DNA of 61,875 nucleotides, counting the filler, from Basidiobolus ranarum (lineage: Eukaryota): the NCBI GenBank assembly GCA_040143965.1. It is 19 parts of 19 records of this genome, joined end to end, with 100 filler letters (N's around TTAATTAATTAA, not from the genome) between each part and the next. Parts side by side here need not be neighbours in the genome. Positions count along the whole stretch, not along the records: positions 45,722 to 48,876 come from JASJQH010002690.1; positions 48,977 to 52,127 come from JASJQH010002691.1; positions 52,228 to 55,377 come from JASJQH010002692.1; positions 55,478 to 58,626 come from JASJQH010002693.1; positions 58,727 to 61,875 come from JASJQH010002694.1; 14 more parts are not named here. One strand, 5' to 3'. The position numbers and the translations under genes are program-made. Numbering within the stretch: the first letter of the stretch is position 1; each line of letters starts with the position of its first letter. Positions 48,201 to 59,363 of this stretch are shown one piece after another. The notes under the pieces were generated by a model, which made no database searches, was not told the origin of the DNA, and was given only the letters and a program-made list of their open reading frames with translations.

Positions 48201-48753
48201 GACTTGGTGGGCAAAACTCAAGTGATCAAATATCTGTTGGGGATACTCCCATTGTTAGCAAACCAAATTTGACCTGCTGAGGATTGAATCCACCATTATG
48301 GAGCATATAACTGTCAGATGACCACTACATTAGTGATGTCTAGTATTCTGCCAGAGATTTTAATAGTATCATAGTAGCTTCTTACAGGTATTGTGATACA
48401 AGACACACATGTGGAAGTTCCGATTCCAAATATTTGGCATGTGTTATTCAATATGCTATAATCTATGGAAAATACTGATTTTTGAATGGAAAACTATAGG
48501 GTTTACTACTACAAAAATTTGAATTACATGCAAGCTTTTATTTAGGTACTGTAGGCTTCTTAATTCATCTGTAAGGAGAATCAAAAGGGACAATAATCTC
48601 ATTATTTTTAGTCTCCAAATATTTACATATTTAATGAGGCAAACATTATTGAACAAAATTACTATGCTTTGACAGCAAACCACTAATGGAAAAATTGCCA
48701 AATATCCAAAATCTAGCGTAAAAATAACCCTGGGCAACTAGCTGCCCTTGTTA

Positions 48754-48876
48754 CCCCAACAGAAATTTGAGGATTGTTATAATAGGAAAACCATCACAGT
48801 TTTTGTCCATTTTGGATTGACTGTTTACTAATCATCATGAAAGCATCAAGTTATATTTGATTTTAATCAATATTTT
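48754..48876 (-). mobile_element. CACTA-like end B
   Basis: CCCCAACAGAAATTTGAGGATTGTTAT matches 52019 and 54746. Confidence 0.8.
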
Positions 48877-48976
48877 NNNNNNNNNNNNNNNNNNNNNNNN
48901 NNNNNNNNNNNNNNNNNNNNTTAATTAATTAANNNNNNNNNNNNNNNNNNNNNNNNNNNNNNNNNNNNNNNNNNNN

Positions 48977-49696
48977 CTCCAATCTCAATTGGTACTTTTC
49001 AGAGTGTTGACACTAGCCACAAACCTGTAGGCAAGCAAAAAGCCACATAAACACTGCAAAGAACCCTCAGTAGTGTCACACTACAAGGAAGTACCAAAAT
49101 AGTCAAAGTGCTTGAGGGGTATTTTCAGAAGTATAAAGGGAAAAATGGAGTGCAATTATGCATAGAGTGGCTTCAGAAGAAGCCCATTCAACTTGACTTT
49201 CAGTCTGTGGTTGACTATGTTGATATCTGGGTGAAACCTAATACAGAGTGGCACAATATTGTAGGGTATCCTCCAGATAGCTGGAAGAATGTTGATTCAG
49301 GAACATTAATACAACATTGGGCTTTGATGGAGATATTGATACAAACTTGTGTTGGGTATGGGCCAAAGCTTGGGTATGAAGAACTCTATAAAATATTCAG
49401 GGGAATATATCAAAGAAACTAGGAATTTCAAAGGTGACAAATTAGCATTCAAGTGGTAATTATGTAAGATTTGAGTTACATTATTTGCACATGTGTTGAT
49501 CCATTGCTCTTAGAGATTGCAGCCAATCATGTGCAACTATTTGCAAGCTCCTGAAATTTCACTTGTGAAACCAAAAAAATTGATCAAAATCAAATCTAAC
49601 TTGACAATTTTCTGAAGGTATATAAACAATCAATCCAAAATGGATTAAAATTGTGATTGTTTTCCTACTATAACAATCTTCAAATTTCTATTAGGA
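48977..49696 (+). mobile_element. CACTA-like end B region containing residual ORF 49108-49422
   Basis: Colinear with 45722-46396; terminus CAAATTTCTATTAGG(A). Confidence 0.8.
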
Positions 49697-49699
49697 CAC

Positions 49700-49990
49700 A
49701 GACCTGGTATAAGTGGAAAACACTTGCTAATTGTATGACTTATAATCCTTCAGCAATTAAACTACCTTCATGTCCAAATGTTTGTTTGGCCTTCACTGGC
49801 ACTCTGAAAAACCTGAAGTCATGTACTGTTTGGCTACAACTGGCAATCATTGAATTGGGCAAATACTTTTCATATTCAGCTTACATTCCATTGATTGTCC
49901 ATCTTAAAGCTTTGATGAAACTACCAAAGTATAGATTACTGATCAAATACCAAAGTACTCACCATAAAGCTGATGGTATTACCTATATAC
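49700..49990 (+). pseudogene. CACTA transposase fragment
   Basis: CPNVCLAFTGTLKNLKSC, homologous to the 47640-47800 fragment and to the fungal Tnp2 C...C.AFTG....L..C motif. Confidence 0.7.
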
Positions 49991-52018
49991 TTGATTGACA
50001 TCAATACCGGAATCTGAAAAGTCAAGGTGTCTTTGAGAACACATAAGATCATGCATTTGCATTGGCTCTGGATGGTTTCTGACAAAACAAATATACCATT
50101 GGAAAGGCTTGCTGGCCAATACTTCTGATTGACTTAAACTTCCTCCTTCTGAATGATATAAGATTCTTAATATTTTGATAATATCCGTCATATTTGGACC
50201 TAAACCACCAGTGCTTATAGATAGCATCTTGGAGACTTTGATTGTGGAATTTGAACAGTTATCTAACGGGGTTTAGATGGGTGAATACTTTTTAATGCTA
50301 ATATCATGGTATATATTGGTGACACTTGTGCTATCAGTAAGCTTGGAGGCCTTTGTGGGCACAATGCACTATCTTGCTGTCTGTTTTGTCCAATCAATAG
50401 TGATTGATACAATCAAATGGGTTAAGGAGACTCCAGACCTCAGTCTCCTTTGGCAACAAAATCTTGGGCATATTACTGATCCCAATTTTGTTATCAGACT
50501 GACTGTTTGGTGAATCACTATTAGAATACATATAGATATCCAAACAAACTCTTATTCATATAATCAAGGAGTTTGGCATTGTGCTTGGATAGCTGTGATG
50601 GGAATATTAGCTATGGTACCTGTACAAAAATGAAATCAATTTGATCTTCATTTGATGCACCTATCCAGTGCACAGAAATGCCAGAGAACCATTGTAGTGC
50701 TGCATTCTATGCAATCACTTTATTGCAATAAGGTACCCAAAAATATGTAGGTATTACATACATATTTAATACAATGGAAAGAAATATGATGATAAAGAGC
50801 AATATAAGAGAAAAATATTTTATTTGTCAAGAACAGCATTGATACTATCCCAGCAAACCCAAAACCATAACATTTGAAATCAACTAAACAGCAGCTTTCT
50901 ACAGAATCAAGAGACACTCTGGTTGGATCATTACTTGGCAAGATAGTGTCAAACTTGAAGGAAGAAATTACTTTGACCTATTCATAAAGAACAAACATTC
51001 TAGCCAATCTTTTGAGCAAAATTAATGTATAGCAATTTAAATGGATGATATCTTGCATTATAGCAAATCAGAAGAGCTGAAAATTTACATATGTAATAAT
51101 CATCCAACTCTGCTGACATGTACTGAATATCAAAGCCCCAGCTGATGTTGTTGCAATTTTATCAATGGCTCTAATTTTTCCAGCCGCCTTTGACTAGTGA
51201 TCATAATCTATTTGCTAGTCAGCAATCTAACTTTCCTATATATTCCTGATCTTCCTCTTTGACTCAACAGAACACTTTCCCAACAGATTTCCCAACACTT
51301 TCTACTTTCTCTTTCCCCATTGGCACTCCCCTTCCTTTACCATTAACATATTTTTCTTGTTTGAAGAGAAAATAATACATCCTCATATTGAAACTGTAAC
51401 ATGGTTTTTGAAACTGTTAAATATTGCAATACAGAATCTCTTAGAACTCTCTTTTGTTCCAAACTGAGAATATAATTCTTATAAAAAAATCCTTTTATGT
51501 AGTCTCAAAGAAGTTACTCTTTTCTTCTTTGAATACACAGCATTGACTTAAATACAACACAAAGATATTCAAGATTATTTTAAAGATTATTCCTAATATT
51601 ATCATCATATCCATTAATTCCTATGATCTACAGACATACTTTATCTTCAACAGTCTATCTTCTATCAATTTCTTTAAGCTTCCAGTATATATAAATTCAT
51701 CTTAGCTGAAGATTTGTAGTGGAATATTAGTTGCCTCTCTTGATCTGATTGATAACACTTACCCATTCCACACTACACTGTTGGAATACCAATGTCTAGT
51801 ATTATGCCAGAGATTTTGATGATATGAAGGCAGCTTCTTACTGGTACTGTGATGTTAATCACATAAGCAGAAGTATTGATCCTCAAAATTTAGCATTCAT
51901 TTTTCAGTTTCCTACTAATTTTGGTCACAAACAACTCTCAGTGGCAATTTAATGGATTTGCTGCATTAGGAATTTGAATTGATACACATGCTATAATTTA
52001 GATATTTTAGGCCTTGTA

Positions 52019-52127
52019 CCCTAACAGAAATTTGAGGATTGTTATTGTAGGAAAACCGTCACAATTTTAATCCATTTGGGGTTGACCGTTTACTTACCGT
52101 CATAAAAACGTCAAGTTAGATTTGATT
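52019..52127 (-). mobile_element. CACTA-like end B (CpG-intact copy) abutting an end-A subterminal region (about 51795-52018)
   Basis: CCCTAACAGAAATTTGAGG...ACCGTCA repeats; the preceding sequence matches 15985-16200. Confidence 0.82.
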
Positions 52128-52227
52128 NNNNNNNNNNNNNNNNNNNNNNNNNNNNNNNNNNNNNNNNNNNNTTAATTAATTAANNNNNNNNNNNNNNNNN
52201 NNNNNNNNNNNNNNNNNNNNNNNNNNN

Positions 52228-53800
52228 GGTTTTCAACTTTTCTAGGACTTGAGAAACATGAATGTTTTGTTCTTCCTGAGAGCTTGAGAAGACAAAGACA
52301 TTGTCAAGATAGATTTCCACAATTTGGTCAGGATACTCTCTGAAGATATCATTCATCATGTGTTGGAGAATTGCAAGGGCATTGGCAAGTCCAAATGACA
52401 CAACATTGTACTCAAAGTATCTGTAGCAAGCTTGAAAGGTGGTTTTGCATTGGTTTCCTGGTTTGATTCTTGCAAGATTGTAAGCACCTCAGAAATAATC
52501 TATGTAAATACCTTGGCTGAAGAAAGTTGATCCCGGAGTGAGTTGATTACTGGCAAGAGGAACTAATCTTGACTGTAATGCTATTTAGGCCTCCATAATC
52601 TACACAGAGATGGAGGAATCCATCCTTTTTATTGATAAATCTGATTGGAAAGCCTGCTGGAGACTTTCAATGTTGGATAAGTCCTTTCTTGAGATTCTCT
52701 ACAATGTAATCTTTCAGAATGTTGAGTTCTGGCTAGGTCAGCCCATCAATAGGCCCAAACGCTGGTTGTTTTCCTTCTTGTATATCTATAGGGCAATCAT
52801 ATGGATGGTGAGCTGGGAGTATATCAGATTTCTTCTTGTCAAAGACATCAGCAAAGGCTAAGTATTTTGGTGGGAGCTTATGAACCATAGGTTTTGTTGG
52901 TTTCAGCTCTTCAGCAACACTGTCAATGGATATTGGCTTCATATATGTCTTGAGGAGCTGGGCTGATAATGAGTCAGATACTTTGCAGGTAGGCAAATAT
53001 GGACTAGGAGGTGGAGATTGCTTGAGCATGACAATCTTCTTCCTCCAGCTGATTACTGGGTTGTGCTGCATGAGCCATGAGATACCAAGGATGACAGGCT
53101 GGTGAGGCAAAGAAATGATATTTAAGGCCATTTCTTCTTGATGAGCAGTAGAGATGAGTGTCATAAAGATAGTCTCATGTGTTACAGAACCCAACGAGAG
53201 CAGTCTTCTATTGTTTACTTCTACAGGGACTGGACTAGACTTCTTGAATGTTGGGATAGAGTGGGATTTGACAAAGGCAGAGTCAATAAAACAGGAGCAA
53301 GCACCTGAACCAAGAAGTGCAGTTGTTTTAATTGACTTGGATTTTGGTAGCAGGAGTGTAATGGGCAGCTTTCATGATTGGTATGACATCAGAGATTGCA
53401 ATGTATGGTGAAGAAACATTATTGAAGATAGTTGGCCCAACTGCATGCCCATAATTGCAGCTGTGCATTGAAGTTTTCGAACAGGTGGGAAGTGTTTTCT
53501 TCAACTGCATATTGTTGCTCTTAAATCCTGGATTCTTTCATGAACAGGTTCTTGCTACATGTCCAGGAGCTCCACAATAGAGATGTAGATTCTGTTGTTG
53601 GCATTGATACTTCTCCTCAGGGCCAAGCTTCTGGAATCATGTTCCATCAATTTGCATTGGTTCATCTGCTTGAGCTGTACTGAGATTGCATAGAAGGGAT
53701 GGCATAGCGTATATGATGTCATAATCTGATAACAGAAGAGTTCTATTTGCAGTGGATGAGTATGTCAAGATCAGAACCATGACAAAAAGCACTTGGATTT
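52228..53800 (-). mobile_element. Decayed Ty3/gypsy (Tf2-like) retrotransposon: gag end, protease, RT
   Basis: EPMQIDG and YCGAPGHVARTC knuckle; ALLGSGACSCFID (protease, D mutated); VILGISWL; DILPAHHPYDCPID; MSFGLANA...FRE...YLDN; many stops. Confidence 0.93.
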
Positions 53801-53998
53801 TGATAAATTTCTGTAAAGAATTAAGCCAAAATATTGCCAACTTGTAGCCAACATATGTCCTGCCACAAGTAGATGTGTCATTGCTTGTATAGTTTATCCC
53901 ATGGCTAAAACAATAACACTCTGTATCTCAATCTATCTCACCAAGAAGTTTGTCTTGCAGCTTTCCTAGAAATACCATAAGATTATCAGACAAACAAA

Positions 53999-54700
53999 TT
54001 AGTCCAAATTATAGAGGTACTTACTCTGTGTCCATGGGTTGGGTTTTGTTGCTGTTATTTTGCTCTTACAATACAAAAACCCATGAGCATGTTGAAAAGA
54101 GCCTGTTGTTAGAAGGTGAATATAGTCAGATTTCTCCTTAACCAATTGCATTACATGCATCACTGATTTTGCTGATAAATTCTTAATCAAATTAGCAAAT
54201 GGTGATACTGACAATTTTACACAGCAAATTGTTTCACTACAGGTGTGCTCTATTGGGAATCCCCAGAATGTGTAGCAAGGGCCTGTAATTTCTAAGCATT
54301 TAGAAAGACACAGCAGGGAATGTATTGAAAACCAGCATAGATTCAGTCTATCTTCCTTAACTCTGTTATAAAGTGTTTCACATCCAATCATTAAATCTTT
54401 GCACAGTTGCTGTCTGTGCCAGAGATATGCCAATGTGAGTTGATGCCATAAGAATATATTTACAATATCTATAAACAACTCTCAATATTGCTGATACTTA
54501 TTGGGCCAAAATTGTTTCAAGATTTAACTTGTGCATATACATATCTAATACTTATGGTCTTTGAACTTGAATAAATGCATAGGTGAGTGGATATTGATGA
54601 GTCCTGGTAAAATATGATGGTATGTTGATATTTCAAGCATTTTCCCGATTGATATAAACTTTGATCCTCTCTCAGATGGCTCATTGATATTGAATTTTCC
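53999..54700 (-). pseudogene. Decayed CACTA transposase, C-terminal catalytic region
   Basis: IHSLL.L..C....GPCYTFWGFPIEHTC......K....PFANL, matching the Tnp2 HxLxH...GP....W.FP.ER.C motif. Confidence 0.85.
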
Positions 54701-54745
54701 ACTATATAGCTGAGTAAGTAGTATCAGAATGTTGTTAAACTGTTT

Positions 54746-55377
54746 CCCTAACAGAAATTTGAGGATTGTTATTGTAGGAAAACCATCACAATTTTAATCC
54801 ATTTGGGATTGACCATTCAATTACCATCATAAAAGCATCAAGTTAGATTTGATTTTAATCAAATTTTTCAGTTTCAGGAGTGAAACTTCAAGATCTTGCA
54901 AAATAGTTGCACATGATTGGCTACAATCTCAGTGAACTATGGATCAACACATGTGCAAAGCATGTAACTCAAATTTTACACAATTACCACTTGAATACTA
55001 ATTTGTCATCTTCAAAATCCCTAGTCTCTTTGATATATTCTCTTGAATATTTTTGTAGAGTTCTTCATACCCAAGGTTTAGCTCATACCCAACATGAGTT
55101 TGTATCAATATCTCCATCAAAGCTCACCATTATATTAACATTGCTGAATCAACATTCTTCCGGCTATCTGGTGGATACCCTGCAATATTGTGCCACTCTG
55201 TATTAAGTTCTTCCCAGAAATCTGCATGGTCAACACCAGACTGAATGTCAAGTTGAATGATCTTCTTCTGAAGCCACTTTCTGCATACTTGCACTGCAAT
55301 TTTCACTTCAAACTTTTGAAAATACTCCTCTAGTACTTTGACTATTTTTGTATCTCCTTGTATTGTGACACTACTGT
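54746..55377 (-). mobile_element. CACTA-like end B region (inverted)
   Basis: Begins CCCTAACAGAAATTTGAGG; reverse complement of the 45722-46396 type. Confidence 0.82.
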
Positions 55378-55477
55378 NNNNNNNNNNNNNNNNNNNNNNN
55401 NNNNNNNNNNNNNNNNNNNNNTTAATTAATTAANNNNNNNNNNNNNNNNNNNNNNNNNNNNNNNNNNNNNNNNNNNN

Positions 55478-55678
55478 TGATCCATAGTTCTCTGAGATTT
55501 TAGCCAATCATTTGCAACTATTTTGCAAGATCTTGAAATTTCACTCCTGAAACTGAAAAAATTGATTAAAATCAAATCTAACTTGACATTTTTATGACGG
55601 TAAGTAAACAGTCAACCCCAAATGGATTAAAATTGTGATGGTTTTCCTACAATAACAATCCTCAAATTTCTGTTAGGG
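55478..55678 (+). mobile_element. CACTA-like end B
   Basis: Ends AATCCTCAAATTTCTGTTAGGG. Confidence 0.82.
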
Positions 55679-56149
55679 CTACCTTTTCATCTCCTGAGGC
55701 AACATCCCAGAGCTCCCTGTCCTCCAACATGCTTTGCATCTTGAACTTCCTGGAATTGTAATTGTACCCATCAAGCTACTCATTACTTGAATTAATGAAA
55801 GTTGTGGTAATGGCTTCTGTTGTGCTGTAAAGATTAGAACATGGGGCTTGCCACCTTTTGTGTAAGTATGGGCAGTTTGGAGGGACTTTAGGAAAATGCT
55901 ATTGTGATTAACTTGTATGATAATAATTTTTTTTTCCATATATTCAACATTTGTATATTTTGGTGGAAATTCAGAGAACTAACACTGGGGTTGTCTTCAG
56001 AATATCTGTGTGAGTAAAATGAGCTATCTTTTGGGCAATGTAGATAAGCTTGAAACTTCCGGTATAAAATATATATTTATAAAATATATATTTCTATTTG
56101 AAGCAGAGTGATATTTGACTAAATAATGTTAACCAAAAAGTATGATATA

Positions 56150-56449
56150 TGATATAGTTGTACAAAGATAAAGGTAAAAAACATGATGAAGCTAATAAAC
56201 TTTCACAATTTGCCACTCAAAAATTGGTTTTTTCTGAAAATTATAGGAAAGTAAATAATATAGGCCAAATGTTGACCATCAATATAGCAGCATTTGTGAT
56301 GAATGGCACAATACCATTAAGAAGCCACCATCATACCATCAAAATATCTGGCAGAATACAAGCCATCAATATTGTGATGGTCTCTGATAGTTTTGTGCTC
56401 AAGAAGGGTTGATCCAATCCAGATCAAATCAATTTTATTTTTGTTAGGT
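56150..56449 (-). mobile_element. CACTA-like end A (inverted)
   Basis: gatccaatccagatcaaatcaattttatttttgttagg is the reverse complement of the end-A terminus; internal homology to 15904-16200. Confidence 0.8.
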
Positions 56450-56459
56450 ATATCCAGTA

Positions 56460-57500
56460 AGACTCTTATACTGTATACAGTTATCTCCAGCACTCTTTAG
56501 CCAAGACTGTTCCTCTAGGATACTAACACTCTTTGAACAGTTCAACTCTATCTGCTCAGAATTCAGCTACTTACTTTGGATTTCCATCCTGCCTGGTGCC
56601 TTGGACTTTACTACTCATCTCAAAAAAAGAAGGATTTTGGCAAAGCAGGCTCTTCACAAGCTACTGGCTGTCACTCCCCTACTACTTCTGCTCCAAGTTG
56701 TCTACTTCCCCACAAGCAGTTTGTCTTTCCAATTCTAGAGTTTGGCCTACCTCTTCTCTCCCTCACTTCCTGAGACTTAACCAAATGTGGCAGATTTACA
56801 GTTTGATGTATCACTTCCTTTGTTTCCCATCTGCCTGAGTGGCTTTAAGGACATGCCATTTTTTTGCCTTTAAATTACTTCCATATAGACCTAGCATTCC
56901 CTACTTAAAGACAGGACTGTTCATCAGGGTCTGAAGGAGTCAGAGCCCTCTGATTATGACCTGGAGAGGTGCATGTTGACCAATCCATCTTCTTGCTTGA
57001 AAATACTGCTAGAAGATCCTGGTGTCATAAAATTTATTCCTTTATAGAACAAGCTGATATGCCCACCGTTGCCTATAAGGAATACCTGGTTGACCTTTGG
57101 AACCAACAACTTCAGAAACACACTCCCTTTATGCCTGATGTTAATCCTGGTGTAATTCCATTGATTACTATCTTTGACAAACCATTTTTACCTTTGTTAC
57201 TTCCTCCCATTCCACTTAACAGTCTCTTAAACTCTACTGACTTAACCTGTCTACTTTGTAAGATTCATACACATACCCCAGACTTTCACACTTTAATGAA
57301 GAAACTGCAAAAGTGATTACCACTGCTTTGTTTTGTTTGAAATAGAGATTTCACCTGTTGGTGACTGTCTCCTCCCTCCTAAATGTGTGACAAAGCCTGA
57401 GTCATGCCATCAGTTTAATCCACTATTCTGAATAGCACTTTTTAAATTACTCCAAATACCCAACCAACCCCTGATATGTTTCTTTCAATATTAAGGCCAA
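56460..57500 (+). mobile_element. Possible decayed non-LTR (LINE-like) retrotransposon 3' region
   Basis: ATYFGFP resembles the RT F.YLG motif; broken ORFs with Cys residues downstream; CpG-poor. Weak. Confidence 0.35.
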
Positions 57501-57610
57501 TCAATTCATCCTTGAATGACAGATTTATTTCAAAAATGTAGAGAATAAACAATTATTTTTAAGAATATTGGTAGTCTGTGGGATATTTCCATTTCCCTCC
57601 ATTTTCTTTT

Positions 57611-58626
57611 TTAGTTGGACCAATCACAAATGATCGCACCTTCAAATGTTTTACAGACAGTTCCTGGTGCACAGGAAGACTTCGACCACTTTCCAAAGTT
57701 GCACAATTCGAACATGCTTTGATCCAATCCGATGCATCTGTAGGTGCCATGCTGACAAGGCTCGATACTAGTAGCAGTTGGTGCTGAGGTTTCTACTGTG
57801 TTAGAACCAGCACTGTTTGCAACGGTTGAACTCACTGGAGTAGAAGTGCAATTCACAGTGACTGTTTTTACGACAGTGACTGTGGAGGGAATGCAAGGTA
57901 AGGACGACGTAGAGCTACCGGTGGCCGAAGAATAGGTTGTCTGCAAACTTGGTGTCAAAGTCACAGCGGTGCTACCTGTCTTGGACGGAACTGTAGACAC
58001 CATTAAGGTGGTAGTATCGGAAGGTGTTACTGAATCGGTAGTCTGGATAGATTCGGAAGAAGTAACCGTCTCAGTAGACTCCACAGGTTTCGTTGGCGAT
58101 ATTATCTCGGAAGAAGTGACAGATTCAGTTGGTTTAACGGTGTCAGTTGTAGCACTAGTTTCTCCAGAAGTGACGGTATTAGTTGGTACAACTGTCTCCG
58201 TAAGGGTAACAGCGCCGGTTGATTCAACAGCTTCGAAAGATTTTGTGGCCTCAGAGAATTCTAGACCTTGCGTAGAAGTGGTCGGCTCGGTTGGAGTTGT
58301 AGTCTCTGCTGTCTCTGTAGGAGTAATCGAGTCGCTGGTAGCAGTAGAATTCGGTTGTTCTGCCGTGGTTATTATCTCACTCGTCTCCGTAGTCTCGGTA
58401 GGAGTAACCGAGTCGCTGGAAGCGGTAGAATAAGTCGGTTCTGTAGCGGCTGTGGTCTCTATAGTCTCAGTAGGAGTACCCGAGTCGATGATAGCGGTAG
58501 AATCAGTTGGTTCTGCAGTGTTTGATATCTGGATTGTCTCAGTAGTCTCGGTAGGTGTAACCGAGTCACTGGTAGTGATAGAATCAGTTCGTTCAGCAGT
58601 TGTAGTTGCTCCGGTCACGTCGGTAG
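57611..58626 (-). CDS. Thr/Ser-rich protein with C-terminal CBM19-like chitin-binding module (3' part)
   Basis: Repeats of about TAEPTDSTATSDSVTPTETTET; terminal CQHGTYRC.....FELCNFGKWSKSSCAPGTVC.......CDW. Confidence 0.85.
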
Positions 58627-58726
58627 NNNNNNNNNNNNNNNNNNNNNNNNNNNNNNNNNNNNNNNNNNNNTTAATTAATTAANNNNNNNNNNNNNNNNNN
58701 NNNNNNNNNNNNNNNNNNNNNNNNNN

Positions 58727-58910
58727 AAAGCCTGGCCATATGATGTCTGGAAGCCATCACTAAATAGGGGATACTGTCATGATTTTGATCTTGGCATACT
58801 GATCCACTGCAAATAGAACTCTTCTATTATTAGATTATGACATCATATCTGCTGTGCCATCCCTTCTTGGCAATCTGGTGTCAGTTCATCCAGACGACCT
58901 TATATGGAAG
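58727..58910 (+). mobile_element. Ty3/gypsy gag remnant
   Basis: Reverse-complement similarity to 53660-53790 (atccactgcaaatagaactcttct...gattatgacatcatat). Confidence 0.7.
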
Positions 58911-59363
58911 TCATGTTCTTTGGAACATTCCATGAAACCTAACCAATCATGTCATCCCACATATAGTGTATTTATGCCAAGATCTTCCATGGAAAGTCAT
59001 CTGATCAATGTTATATTATCCCTGTTTATGTTGGTCCTTGTAGTCCCCAACACCACCATACTCAAACTTGCTACAGTATATTCCCTATTTGGAATTGTTT
59101 GCTTCAGCCTGCAATATCTATATAGCTCCCTGATTTCCTTGATCAGATGTAAATCTTTTGTTGAAGTTAACAGGGGGCAGTGGTTTCTTGTATATCAATT
59201 TCTACTCTCAAATAATAATGTTTTCTGCTTCTGTTGATGAAAGTGTACAATATGTTTTTCTTATAACTCCAAGATATAGCTCCATTACAGCAATGACATC
59301 AGTATGCTGTTGTAGATCTCATGTTTTCAATATAACCTCCCTAATTTGCATCTGAAAATCTCA

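Noticed and set aside
15904-55678. piggyBac assignment of the CCC-ended termini
   Set aside because: No TTAA flanks at any terminus, and the associated transposase motifs are Tnp2/CACTA-type.
57969-58682. Val/Ser-rich plus-strand ORFs
   Set aside because: Antisense shadows of the Thr-rich CBM19 gene.
3176-58726. Regularly spaced TTAATTAATTAA palindromes every ~3.27 kb
   Set aside because: They are embedded in N runs of fixed 100-bp length between size-sorted contigs; these are assembly linkers, and ORFs running into them (poly-X) are artefacts.
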